Below are positions 13,985 to 27,072 of a stretch of 64,000 nt of DNA, piece after piece. Made by a program: the position numbers and the translations under genes. This DNA is from Felis catus (Eukaryota): assembly GCF_018350175.1 (NCBI RefSeq), contig NC_058368.1, forward strand, positions 73,720,001 through 73,784,000, given 5' to 3'. How positions within the stretch are numbered: the stretch's first letter is position 1; the number at the start of each line of letters is the position of its first letter. The notes beneath the pieces are model-generated. The model searched no databases. It was not told where the DNA came from and saw only the letters and a program-made list of their open reading frames with translations.

Positions 13985-14912
13985 CTCCAACCCCCACCCC
14001 CCGCCTTTCTCAGTATATTTGATTCAAGATTACAGTGGTCTTGACTCACAAAATATTAAACCTGAGACCAGTTGCCTTTTAGGGTTTTCCTGGGACTCAT
14101 TCCTGGATATGTTACATAGTCATGAAAATTCTATTAGCATATTATTTGCAGACCATTTATATATGTTCACCTAGATTGATTTTTATTTTCCCTTCAGGTT
14201 CCTTTCAAGGTAAATTGTGACCAATGGTATTCTTAAGGCAGTTATTTCCTGACTGAAATATGTTGACATTTTCATTCATTCATTCATTCATTCATTTTTT
14301 TTTAAATCTTTCCCAAATAGCAGATGGGGAAACAGGAAAGAAACACTGCGCTTTCACATAGTGAGGACAACTAAAAATCTTTACTGGTTTGTGTTTTTTA
14401 TAAGCCTTTTTTTTTTTAAGAGTGTGCAATGCGATTCCCATTTATGTGAAGGCAGCAAGGTCAAGTTTTGTAAAGAGTGTCTAGTTTTAATTTGGGTTCA
14501 TTTGGAAGAAAGTGTTTGCAAGGAAAAAAGAGAACAGATGGGGAAATGTTATCAGAACCAGTGGGATCTAGTGAACAATGACTGGATCTGAAGGCAGGTG
14601 AGAGTTGAGGGCTGGCGCTAACTCTTGTTGCCTGTATGCGAAGCCACGTCTCAACCTCTGAGCCTCGTCTTTCTTATCTGTAAAATGAAAGTGGTAATTA
14701 AATGGGCAGGAGAGACCACAGAAATGTTTCCCAGTTTGCAGGTAGATAAGGATGACAAATCAGATGGCTTTCACATTGATTTACTACCAAGCTAGGAAGG
14801 AAACTGGAACAAGGATATATGCAGTCCTTGGAAGTTCTGTGCTGCCTACATTATGTGAGAAACCTCCCTTTTACTTAGGGTAGCAGTGTGAGCGGGCTGC
14901 TTCCCTAGTAGC

Positions 14913-14940
14913 TTAATTAATTAATTAATTAATTAATTAA
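14913..14940. repeat. (TTAA)7 palindromic microsatellite
   Basis: 28-nt perfect TTAA repeat. Confidence 0.95.
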
Positions 14941-15167
14941 CCTTGGTTCTCCAGCACTCTCTGGACCATTCCTCAGCCACTTTGCATTTCCTGTCTTCTA
15001 CTTGCCTTGGCTTCCATTGCCACATACATTCAGACAGCCACGTACATGCGGACAATATTCAAATGAGCCTTGATGTCCTCATTCTGTGCAGCCACAAGTT
15101 TGGAAATTACCCCACATTCCTCACTGATCTTTTCTTGTTCAGGCTACCTCTGTTTCCACACTAGCTC

Positions 15168-15170
15168 TTT

Positions 15171-15251
<81 letters not shown>

Positions 15252-15477
15252 TTTCCTTCCTTAAGTGTCTTTATTTTGAGAGAGAGAGAGAGAGAGAGAG
15301 AAAGCGCTCACACAAGCAGAAGAGGGGCAGAGAGAGGGAGAGAGAAAGAATTCCAAGCAGGCCTCACACTGTCAGCAGAGAGCCTGACACAGGGCTCGAT
15401 CTCATGAACTATGAGATCAAGACCTGAGCTCAGATCGAGAGTCAGATGCTTAACCGACTGAGCCACCCAGGCGCCCC
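15168..15477 (-). mobile_element. Felid SINEC with (TTTC)n tail-derived microsatellite
   Basis: TSD CACTAGCTCTTTCTT; (TTTC)~20 at ~15168-15250. Confidence 0.93.
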
Positions 15478-15910
15478 CTCACTAGCTCTTTCTTGAACTC
15501 CTTCTGTATTGCTGCTGCAGTGATATTTGTAATATTCAGTTTAAATGGTATAGTTTCTTTGTCTAAAATGCTACTATGACTCTCCACTACCCTAAGGACA
15601 AAGTCCAGATTCCAGGTCCTCCATAGTTGGACCAGTGCCAGCTGTCTTGTCACTGTTCCCTGACACCCAGTGTGTAACAAATGCTCTCTCTATGGCCAAT
15701 GAACACAGTTCCTTGGGCTCAGCATTTTCTCCCTCACTTCCGAGCCTTTTTTCACCCTGCCCCCTCTGCCTTAAGTGTCTTTCTCTCTTTTACCCCCATG
15801 GCCAACTTCCTCTTGTTTTCAAAACTCAACCCAGGGTGTCTTTCTTGCTTTCTAGACTCTCCTTGGCCAGAATTCCTATTTTCCTACAGCATTCTTGAAA
15901 TACTTCTTTC

Positions 15911-15949
15911 TTTTTCTTTTTCAGTTTATTTACTTATTTTTTGAGAGAG

Positions 15950-16003
<54 letters not shown>

Positions 16004-16160
16004 GGAGGGGCAGAGAGAGAGGGGGAGACAGAATCCCAAGCAGGCTCTGCCCTGTCACTGAAGAGCCCCATGCAAGGGTTGTACTCGTGAACTGTGAGAT
16101 CATGACCTGAGCCTAAATCAAGAGTTGGATGCCCAACCGACAGAGCCACCCAGGCACCCC
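15911..16160 (-). mobile_element. Felid SINEC
   Basis: TSD TTGAAATACTTCTTTC; long (GA)n. Confidence 0.93.
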
Positions 16161-17800
16161 TTGAAATACTTCTTTCAAACCACTTGTCCTGCTGCCTTGC
16201 AGGTGCTGGTTAATTATTTTCTCTCTCTCCCTTGACTTTCAGTGAACACCTTGACAGCAAGGACTCTCCTTTCATCCATTCATCCCTAGCCCCAAGCGTA
16301 TTGCCTGGCACATAGTAGGAGCTAAGTAATGGTTTTTTAAAAAGTGAATGGGTTTAGTAAAATATCACCCGAGATATCGCTTGCACTGTTGTTTTGCAAC
16401 TGTGTCATTATTAACATTTTGTTTGTGATAAGGTTGTATACCAAACTGTATCAAAAGCCCGTGGGTTGTAATTTGTCATATGCCCTCGTCATACGCCAAA
16501 CAGGCTCTTGATTTTTCTTTTTGACGAATGAGAGTGAATGTTAGGTGACTGAGAAAGAAGCAAATAGACAATATCACGAGCTGGTCTGAAGCTTCAGCAA
16601 ACCTCTGCCACTGTCTTCTCCCACTGCTGCTGCGAGCGAGGCTGCCTGAGAAGGAATTTCACCCCTGTTTGTGCCCCAGCCCATCCACCACCGGAGCTGC
16701 AGGGGTAGGTGCAGGAACAGAGGGAGTAACTGATGGGCTAGGACCGTAGACAGTTAACAGGAGGAGAAACAGAACAGGTTAGCGGAGGCTTCACTTTACC
16801 CAGCATTGCATAAAGACAGCATCAGAAGCAGTAGCATTTCATTTCCAAATGGGTAGTTGAGCACGAGTGAAGGGACACGGGTCCTCGTGAGGTGTGCTGA
16901 TCAGGCTTTATTTGGATCAGTTTGAGCAAGTTGTGCAGAGGATGGGGTGTTAAGGGAAAGGGCTGCCTGCGGGGCTGGGTCCCGCAGGAAGCTGTGCCGG
17001 CCCTCACCCAGCGCCCAGACAACACAGACAGTTCACGTGGTAGGGACTGTTTTCATAGATCTCTTCAAACACAATTAGGTGGATCTGAAATAGAATTTTA
17101 AGCTCTCACCACACTTTGACATCAGAAAACCATGAATAAATAAAATTACAAAATCAAAATGCAATTCAAAAGGGTTCCATGTGATAATGCCTTTTTCAAT
17201 AAATGCTGCAAAAAGAAAACTGGGTGATAAACCATATCGTTTCAATTTTCTCCTCGGGGATTTTATATCCATATGCTTTTATGTGGAAAAATGTGATTTA
17301 AAAAAAACGCTCTGCCATCATGACTCCTAACTCCCTGGTAGGTGTTTGCCATGGGACCAGGCAGGGAGGGGCTGCGGGGGGCTGGGCCAGCCCGGCTGCA
17401 TTTCCTGATGACATTTTCTGGGGCTGGAGAGGTTCTGCCACTCACTGTTCCCTCAAGGGACTGTCAGTTGCATAAGATTCTCCTTCCAGGGAGTGCGTGC
17501 TTGGGTTAAGGTATATTTCTAGGAAGTCCAAGTTAAATTACAAAATGTCAGCAGAGACATACATATAGCACACTAATCCAATAGGCATAAAGATCTTAAT
17601 GTAAATTTTTCTAAAAGGTATCTCACAGGATATTATCTCTGAGAAATGTATGTAAACAAAGGAGTCTATGGGCAGATGGGTTTTGCAAACGCTTGGTTAA
17701 ATGGGAACAAATTCTTTTTTACTTTGCTCCTCCTCTTCCTTCTTGTCCTTTTCCACCTTTACTCTCTCCTCTTCCTCCACCTCTTTCTTTTTCTCTTTCC

Positions 17801-17833
17801 TCTTCTTCTTCTTCTTCTTCTTCTTCTTCTTCT
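17801..17833. repeat. (CTT)n microsatellite within a pyrimidine tract
   Basis: About 10 CTT units following a CT-rich region from ~17725. Confidence 0.9.
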
Positions 17834-17981
17834 TTTAAGCTATAAATTTCCCAAAGATTTTAGTATGTGTAGAATAGATCTCCAAGAAAGAAATACAGTC
17901 AACAAAATTTCCAAAACCTATTTGAGGTTGAGAAGCTTTTTATTTGTTCAGAGAAACACAGTTTGGAAAATTCTGTCTTTG

Positions 17982-17992
17982 TTTTATTTTTT

Positions 17993-18038
<46 letters not shown>

Positions 18039-18260
18039 ATTTATTTATTTATTTATTGAGAGACAGAGACAGAGACAGAGACAGAGAAAGAGAGAGAGAG
18101 AATGAGCAGTGCAGGGGCAGAAAGAGGGAGAGACTCCCAAGCAAGTTCTGTACTGCCAGTGCAGAACCTGACATGAGGCTCGAACTCACAAACCGTAAGA
18201 TCATGACCTGAGCTGAAATCAAGAGTTGGATGCTTAATTGACTGAGCCACCCAGGCGCCC
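17982..18260 (-). mobile_element. Felid SINEC with (TA)n in its tail
   Basis: Reverse SINEC; (TA)~17 at 17997-18031; degenerate TSD TGGAAAA..T..GTCTTTGT. Confidence 0.92.
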
Positions 18261-20184
18261 TGGAAAACTTCGTCTTTGTAACAGTTAGGTTGTCACACTT
18301 GGAACCCGAGAGAGTAGATGGGGGAAATGAAGGTTCTGATGTCAAGTGAGGTGGGGGCTGCACGCACATCACAGCTGCAGAGGGTGGGCCTGACTGTGTC
18401 TGCAACAAGGAGGCCGGGGCATTGGGAGGGGAGAGTTCTGAGGGTTAAGAAGGGAAGCTTTGCTTAGTTTCCAGTTTTGCTTTCTGAGGAATGCCAGAGG
18501 AAGGGGCAGGGCAGAAGAAACAGGAGTTAACGTATTTGTTCTGGACTTCAGTTTCAGATCTGCTTTTGACTTCCACTCGGTAACTGCGTGGGAAATCTAA
18601 TCTGAGAAGTGTGCATCTTCTCCAAATCAACTGTTTCTCTTGGACAGGGGATTGGCCTAGAGCTTCTTGGGGTGTTTTGGGCCCAGGGAGGCCTCACCCA
18701 GTTCTCCTGAGGTGGCTTTGGGTTCCTAATGTCACCTCCAGGATTATAGGCTGGGAAGAAGACAGGCAGGCAGCATGACATAATGAAAAGTTCATGGTTT
18801 GGGCTTTAGAAAGGACAGATTTTAAGACTGGACTCATGTTTGAGTCTGAGCTCCACTGCTTACCCAAGACATGACCTTGCTAAATTCCTTGAACTCTCTT
18901 GCCTCCATTCTTTTCTTTGGTGAAATATGAATATAGAAGCTTAGGTCTCAATGGATTCATCTGTCAGATAAAAGCATTACACTAGATGACCTGTAAACTA
19001 TCCCTAGTTCTAATGTCCTGAGTTAGAGTCTATAGATCTGTGTCTATATACATATGCATATGTGTACGTGTGTCTATAGTACATACATAAGAATACATGA
19101 CTTAACCAATTTTTTAGTAATGAAGAAATGATAATGTAATTTCTTTGCTCTGATGAATATAACATTTTCTTCTGCTTATATCTCAGATATATTTTGAATG
19201 ACTATGATAAAAACACAGACTCTGAGAAAGAAAGGTTACTTTATAAATTCGAGGTAACATCCATTAACACGATTTAATGAAGCAGGAAACTTTTAGGATT
19301 TAAATATCTAAATTTTAAGTTTATTCTTTGAAGAACTCATGTGTAGCCCAACGATGACATTCTGAGTTATGATTCCTAAAGTTTCCTGATCAAAAATGCT
19401 TAATTTGTAAAGGTTAGTTGCTCTGCTGACCATGAATACTTATTCATAATGGTTGTGTGTCTCAGCATACTAATTTTTATGTTTGTGTGATGCTATTTTT
19501 GCAGGGCTCCCATTATTCACATATGCTGTCTCACTCATTTACAAATAAACTTATGAGCTTGAGAAGGGACTGTTCGGCTATTCCTATTTTGCTAGATGTG
19601 GAAGCAGGGCCATGTAGCAGCAACTTTCTCGGAAACTTTGAAGTTAGAGATAGCACTTGGAATTAAGCCAAACTGAGCATAGTTCTTCCAGCTTCCTAAT
19701 CTTTGGCCAGCCCATAAGTAAAGACTTAGTGCTCAGTATTAATAATGAAGAAGACAATGATTATCATAATAATGCTCAAGTTTCTTATTTTGAACAGTCC
19801 AAACTGCTCACTCCAAGCCTCTTATCCATTTTAAAAAAATATGAAGACAAGAGCTAAATTTAGGATTCAAGCTGACTCTCCCTCCCTTTATTCCCTGTCA
19901 CTGGATACTTTTGTGCTTGTCTTAGAAATCACCCATTGGATTTGCTCTCTTCCTCTCAGTGCTAAGTTTAAGATCATTGTTTTTATCACATTATATATGG
20001 ATTGTAGAAACAGCTTCTCAGCTTGCCTCTCTGCTCTCAGCCTTATTCCGTTCTATTCCACTCTGCACATGATTACCAAGGTAACATTCCAAAGACACCG
20101 CTTTCATTTTGCCACTCCCCTCAGGAAACTACCGCCAAATCCCTCTGTCTGATTTTTGAGGCTTTCCCTCTTTGGAGCTTGTTT

Positions 20185-20539
20185 TCATCAGCATGGATTG
20201 CCAAAAAAAAAAAAAATATGGTAAACTGGTAAACTCAGCTTAAACAGCAGAGCTTCAGAGTTCTGGCGTCCCGAAGTCCAAGATGAAGGTGCCAGCAAGG
20301 TAGGTTTTATTCTGAGGCTTAGAGGTGGTGCCATCTCTCTGAGTGCTCACATGAACTCTTTGGGCTCACATGGTGTCTCTTCTTATAAAGGCACTAATCC
20401 TTTGAGACCAAGGTCCCACCCTCTTGATCTCATTTGACTTAACTGCCTCCCAAAGACTCCATCTCCAAATATGATCACATTGGGAGTTAGGGCTTCAATG
20501 TATGAATTTTGGGAGGATGCCAACATTCAGCCCTTGACA
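20185..20539 (-). mobile_element. MLT1A-like LTR
   Basis: AAGTCCAAGATGAAGGTGCCAGCA...TCTCTTCTTATAAAGGCACTAATCC...CACATTGGGAGTTAGGGCTTCAA...ACATTCAG. Confidence 0.8.
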
Positions 20540-20899
20540 GGGCTCCTTCAGCCTCCTCAGCCTTACTTCCGTATCTCCTGAGATGTAGCCTTACCTCCAG
20601 TTTCCTCCCAGCACCCCTCTTCCAGTCCCAGTGCTTTTACCTGTATGTTCCTGCATCTTGCTGCCCACTAGCCCCCTCTCCCCCAACCCCTTCCTACCTC
20701 TCTTCTCCAGAAGACTTTCTTCTTCCCTTGTACTTTCTCAAACTGGACACATCCTTCAAGGTCTACCTCAAATTGCACCTGCTCTAAGAACACTTTCTAA
20801 TCTTCTATAATCCATACAATATCCTTTTTCTATGAACTCTTATAGCCATACTATAATTTAGCCCTTAATTATTCTCTAATTCTTTTATGATAGTAGTGA

Positions 20900-21100
20900 A
20901 GTATCCTGTTGGGATTTATACTCTACAGAGTACTTTCGTATCTATAGTCTTCTGTGATTCCCTCAAAAACCCAGTAAGGTAGAAATTATTATAATTTCCA
21001 TTTTACATGTATGAAGATTGAAGCTCAGTGAGGTTAAATGGCTTACCACTGGTTAGAAAGCCAGTAAGTCAGGAACGCAATGCCGTTTTGTGACTCTTGA
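20900..21100. mobile_element. MIR relic
   Basis: CCATTTTACA..TGAAGA.TGAAGCTCAGTGAGGTTAAATGGCTT core. Confidence 0.6.
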
Positions 21101-22360
21101 AACTCATGATCTATCAATCCATTCCTTACTCCATCTTCTGTATCTTTACATGAGTTTTCTTCTCTCTCACCCATTCTAATTTAGGTTATATTGCTGTGTT
21201 TTATGTATCTCTATAGGCCAAATTTTATTCTTTTTCAGGGGGAAAAAGAGAAATACAATTAATTTTCATGAAGAATTTCAGAGTGAATTCCAGTTGAGTT
21301 TCTTTCCACTAAATCATAAGCTAAGTAATTCTGTGATAAATAGTAGCCTCCCCATTTAATAAATGAAGAAATGGACAGAAACAAGGACTTAATCTCTGCA
21401 TACCATCTACTGCATTAGGCAATTCCTCATTATTTTTTCCAAGTAAAAAGTGTTAATGAGAAGCTTTTGGCTAAGATAACACATGTATTCAACAGCACAA
21501 CATATCATTTTTGTTTTGCTGTAATTGCAATGTGTAGATATAACTTCTGCAGTGCGTGATCTCAGAATATTTTGGCCTCCCACGCTGAAGATGAACTCTG
21601 AGGTTACAGCCATTAGCTGGGGGTGAGGGAGTGTGAAATAATTTAATAGTGGAAGCTCACCAATCACACCTGACCCCAATCCGTCCAGACATTAGTGCAA
21701 AGAAACCACTTACAAATTCCTTTAGAGTGATACCAAATCAGAAACATTTAATGTGCACTGAAAAAGCCAAGTTAAGAATCAAGTTCAGACATGCAGAGGT
21801 GTGATATCTACAACCGGAGCCAAGTTAGAAAGGGGTTAGTCCTTCCAATGGCCAAATTAAACAAGACACAATTGAGGGTAACTCATCCCTCTGGGCACTT
21901 ATAAAACCTGCACGTGGGAACTTTTGAAAATGAAGTTAGCGCTGATTGTGTCTTATTTTGTTTGGCCATTGAATGGGCTAACCCTTTAGGAATTTGGCTC
22001 TGACTGGAGATATCACACTTTTATGTGTCTGACCTCCCCCCACCCCAACTCCCTTTTTGTGTGTGCGTGTGTATATATAGAATTAAAAAAATCAGATATG
22101 GTGTTAGATTATTAAGTTTAATAAGAGTGAAAGATAAAAGCAAAGCATGGAAAAGAACTGAATGTGCTGAAATAGAAATTAATTAGACTACCAAGGACAT
22201 ACTGCTTTTTTTTTTCCTGGTCTCCTTTATATTTAAGGGCTGAGTAGCATAGTACTGGTTAAGGCCAACAGTGAAGTTACTTGGGGGAATTCCTGAACCC
22301 AACCTCATTGATTCACTGCCACTATTCAGTGAAGCAGGCATGCTTAAAGAGGACAGCTGA

Positions 22361-22571
22361 GGGGCGCCTGGGTGGTTCAGTCGGTTGAGTGACCTACTTC
22401 GGCTCAGGTCATGATCTCATGGTTTGTGAGTTCAAGCCCCGTGTTGGGCTCTGTGCTGACAGCTCAGAACTTGGAGCCTGCTTCGGATTCTGTGTCTCTC
22501 TCTCTCTCTGCCCCTCCCCCACTCATGCTCTGTCTCTCTCTGTCTCAGAAATAAATAAACATTAAAAAAAA
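22361..22571 (+). mobile_element. Felid SINEC
   Basis: GGGGCGCCTGGGTGG head; TSD GGACAGCTGA(G). Confidence 0.93.
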
Positions 22572-23788
22572 GGGGGACAGCTGAGTAAGGGGACACAAGA
22601 AGGCACGTGTGGAGAGTCACACAGTAGACAGATAATGCAGTATCTGGACAGTAGAGTCCAAAGATGGCTCTGGTTCAGCCTCTTCAGTGTTTGAAGCTAA
22701 CAGATTGCACGTCATTGCTGAAGAGCTGGAAGTTCCTGGGGCTGTGGGCATAGGTGGGAATGAGGATACTGATAACATGATGAAAAAAAAATTCTTTCAA
22801 GGCTGTTTTCCTACCAAGATGTTCTGTGTCATACCTGTCAGCAAATTCCCCTGCTTTGAAGTTGTAAATTTAAATAGCTACTTGACAATGCGGTGTGAGC
22901 TGTGTAGATCATCAAGGAAAAATTTTGTGGCATTTGATTAACTTGTATATTTTTATTGCGATGCAATAAAGGAGGCATCTTTAACTGAAATTCCTTCAGC
23001 ACCCAATTGTGACCCACTATTCCAAGTGACCTCATACTGAGATACATTTTTCTAGAAAACCGTATCTTTGGGCCAATAACCAAGTCATTATACTTTGCCA
23101 TTGTTTTCACAAGACATCCAGGTGAAAGGAACATAATGTTTCCTAAGTGAAGATATATATTTACCCTTTTGTTTTCTGGAGTTAGGTCTTACCAATTTGT
23201 CTTTTCCCTTTTAATATTTGTTTCTCATCATCACTGGACCTATGTGAGAAAAAGTCTCAACTTTTCATGGTCTGATTGAAGGTCTTATCGTGGGGTTGAT
23301 TATGACACGAAACTGATGAAGTGATTTTTTTTTACTCTCAGACATTAGGCAAGATCCAATGCTCAGGAGAGGGCGCTATAAATATGTGCATTTGACTCTG
23401 TGCTCAGTCTTCTGACCATTGTGTAGTTAAGGGTACTTGTCTTAAAAATTTGTTGGCACTTTTTACTTGGCAGTTTCATGCTGAGGTAAATGTTGGCAAA
23501 TGAACAAACAGCTTCTGTTCCTGCTTCCCTATGGTTCTGTTCCAGGTCAATCCCAGGATTCTGGCATAATTTGAGAAGTTTCTGCTGGCCTCCACCATTC
23601 TTGACCAAGGAGACCTCTGGGAGGCCAGTTAAGAATAGTAAGTGCTCTGCTGATCCGTGTCTGTTGGGTGACTAACTTGGAAAGCTGTATTTCTCTGTGC
23701 AAGTTTCCTGGATCTATCTGTCTACCACTGAAATTCCTAGACAAAAGACACCAATTTATGACTTGACCAGTCATTGTTTTGTATGCAT

Positions 23789-23821
<33 letters not shown>

Positions 23822-25765
23822 TTCCATAGGGAAGTTGGGTCTAGTTTTGTCAAGCATCTGTTATATTAGTCTCAGTCTACATTCTCCAGGACTAACTTCT
23901 AAAAATCTAAGACCCCTTTGAAGTGGCTCCCACTGTCAAATGACTCAACCTTTACTTTCTCTTTCCACAAAGTTCGCACAATTTTTCTACTGCTAATGGT
24001 CTTTATAACTTTGTACAATTGGTTTCTCTCCATAGCAAAGCTGTTGGTGTGCCAAAATGTACACTAATAGAGAATGATAGTGTACTGGAAAGATCTTCAT
24101 GTAGAGAGATGAAAAATTAAAGGAATTTTTATGCATTCATCAGATATTAATTATACAGCTGCTCTGTGTAAGGTGCGTAGTGAATGCATGTTTACATTTA
24201 TATTTTAGAATCATCTAGCTACTGTTTGAGATTGATTGGAATGTCCTTTATTCAAGTGAACATCATGACGGAAACTATGTATAAAAGGATTTCACAGGAG
24301 AAATGAATCTGTTGCTTGAATTTGAGAAAAGCGGTTTCAGTTTGGCAGAGACAGAGTAAAAAGAATGTTTTCTAAGAGTGGGGAGGATGGGAAAACATAG
24401 TGAAATAAAAGTTAAAAGGGCAAAACAAAGGGTGCCTTTCTGGTGCAGAGGCTATGACTAACTGAGATAAGCTAAGATAATATAGGTGATGTCTTGAAAG
24501 ATGGGAGAGGATTAGAGAATGATGTTGGAGAGGCGCTTTTATAGGACACCTTCAAATACCATGTACAGGAAGTTCATTTGACCATATCGCATTGTTGTGA
24601 GATTGAATATAAACTCTTTTCGTTAAGTTCAGATTGATTTTTGAGAGTGCATTGTGTTCCTCTTTGATTTGTCAATCAGATCATCTTAAGAATTGCAAAT
24701 GACAGTTTAGAGGACAAGAATTGCAAATGACAATTAAAAGACAATATAGAGGATCCTGAAGCAAAGCAATTGAGGTACTCCCAATGTCTAGCACACCGCC
24801 TGGGATATAGCGTTTGCTCAATAACTAAGTAATGTTTAGATGAATGACAGGTCTGGGCTGAGCTCACCTCCTGGGCATGAGCATTTGTCACACACACTGA
24901 ATAATTACTACGCCTTATATTCTGTAATCCCACTCTTAATCAATTCATAGAGACTCAGAAAGTTTTCTAAATAGAAACACTCCATCTGAGCGGTGGTAAA
25001 CAAGATGTTAAAGTCTGTATAACGGAAAACAAATTATGCATAGGAACTGTGAGCAATGACTTAGAAAGAGAAAAAAATTTCTCACAATTTTTAGTCCACT
25101 CCTGCTTCTTTAATTGTTTTGGCATGTGAGAATCAGAGTCACTCAGGCATGCAAATATTAGCATCCCCGAGGACTGCCACTTGGCTGCCCACATCCCTTT
25201 TGGGTATACCTTTATGCTGAAGAATGACTCCAATAGCACAAAGCAAGCAAATGTTAGGTTTGAAATGACTGAACGTGTTTTTGAACCTTTTCACTGAAGC
25301 GAGGGTCATGGGTTAAAGACTTTGACCAAGACTGGAGTGAACCATAAAATCATCTCCAGAAGCCGGCATATTGTTCATAACTGAGGTTGGATGCCCATCA
25401 ATGATTACAAGGTGATATTTGACAGTAAAGACTTTTCCATATCATTTGTTTGGGTTTTAAAGAGTGAACGTGTATATTATAAATGTTTCCTTCCTTTTGT
25501 TATTATTGCCTTCCCATACTTTCCTTTTGTGAGTTTGGAAGCAAAACTTCAGAAAAATGCAGTGAGGAGACTCTGTGAATTTCTACATAGGGTTTAATGG
25601 GACAGCTAAGATTTCTTAAATAAAGAATTGTCTCTCACCACCAACATGCCCGTCCTCTGGTTATGGCTGAAAGGGGGCTGCTGGCGACACCACAACCCTA
25701 ACAATAGCAAAAACAACACTGAAAATAGCTGATGACACTGTATGCCACATTTGCGGCAGCTGGGG

Positions 25766-25779
25766 CCAGTAGAGGGCAA
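25766..25779 (+). promoter_or_regulatory. CTCF-like motif
   Basis: CCAGTAGAGGGCAA, one mismatch to CCASYAGRKGGCRS. Confidence 0.4.
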
Positions 25780-27023
25780 ACAGAAGAGCCAAGGTCACAC
25801 TGCTGCTGCTAGTAAGTAACAAAGTCATAATTTGATTCCAGATCTTTGAACTCTAGACCACTACTTTGCCTTTATTAAACAGATGTCTACAGAGTGGCCC
25901 ACTATTTCTTGGCATATGTATGATACTGCTCATACTGGTGGTTGAGTCATATAATATAGGACATAGCCTTCTTCTTAAGAAGCTTTTTGTATCGTCAGGG
26001 GCATGAGAAATGTCTAAGCACAAATTATAACCAAAATGAAAGGCTCTCAACAAGACATGGAGAGTTAACAGGAGGAGGAAAGTGGAGGAGAGACAAAAAG
26101 GAATAGGCAGGCATTTCTTGAGGAGAGAAGACAGCATTTCCATGAATGCTACAGCTCTGAAGCATTTCTGCAGACTCTAATATGATGAGGGTGGGGACTC
26201 CACAGAAGAGGTGGGGCTTGAGTGCGACCCTGAAGGAAGGGTGAAATCTGCATAAGTAGTGAGGCCAGAGGAAGACATTGGAGGACAGAAATGGTTCATA
26301 TTGAAGTGGGGAGTCAAGTACCTATGAGGAGTCATTATGAAATATTGAGTGGATTGACCTTTCTGGAGAATAAGTTTTCCCCTGGGAAAGTGGTGGAAGC
26401 CAAGAGTAGAAATTTGTAATGACCCACAGCGAGCATCTGGCAGGAAGAGGGCAGCAGAATGCCCAGGAAGGAGAAGATATACAATTCATCTCACAGGATG
26501 GCCTGGGGGTGGCTCTGCTCACATATTAGTATTTTTGTTGGGATCCTTCCTCAAAAATTCTTATTTTATGATTGAGCACCAAAGCCCAATGAAAGCTGAA
26601 ATAATTATCTGAAAAAACAGGGGATAAAGATTGGGAATTACTTCCACAAACAACAGAGTATTTCCTGAGGCCAAAAAAATGTGAGTTATTTCCTGTATTA
26701 TTTTTAATGCTTTACTAAATGGCCGCTAGACTTTGGAGGGTCAAAAAATAAACTCATTCTTCAGTCGTTCTTCTTATCTTTGAAACTTATCTGATAAGAG
26801 CATTTTCAACTTTTGAGTTGTAGGAACAAGCATCCTTAATAAAATTATATGGTGCTTTCTTTGATAATTGATTTCTATCTGTGTTTGTTGTCTTTCTTTT
26901 GACATTACTATTACTGGATGCTTTTAAGAAACAGGTCGCACAGATTTTTTTGTTCTTAAGTACATAGAAAACCATCAAATTAAATAAACTTCTCTACATA
27001 TGTATTATACAAGAACAAGAATA

Positions 27024-27027
<4 letters not shown>

Positions 27028-27070
<43 letters not shown>
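27028..27070. repeat. (TA)n microsatellite
   Basis: About 21 TA units. Confidence 0.95.

Positions 27071-27072
<2 letters not shown>

Noticed and set aside
17646..18059. 137-aa hydrophobic Leu/Phe-rich ORF resembling a membrane protein (similarly 36701-36967)
   Set aside because: Produced by (CTT)n, polypyrimidine and (TA)n low-complexity DNA.
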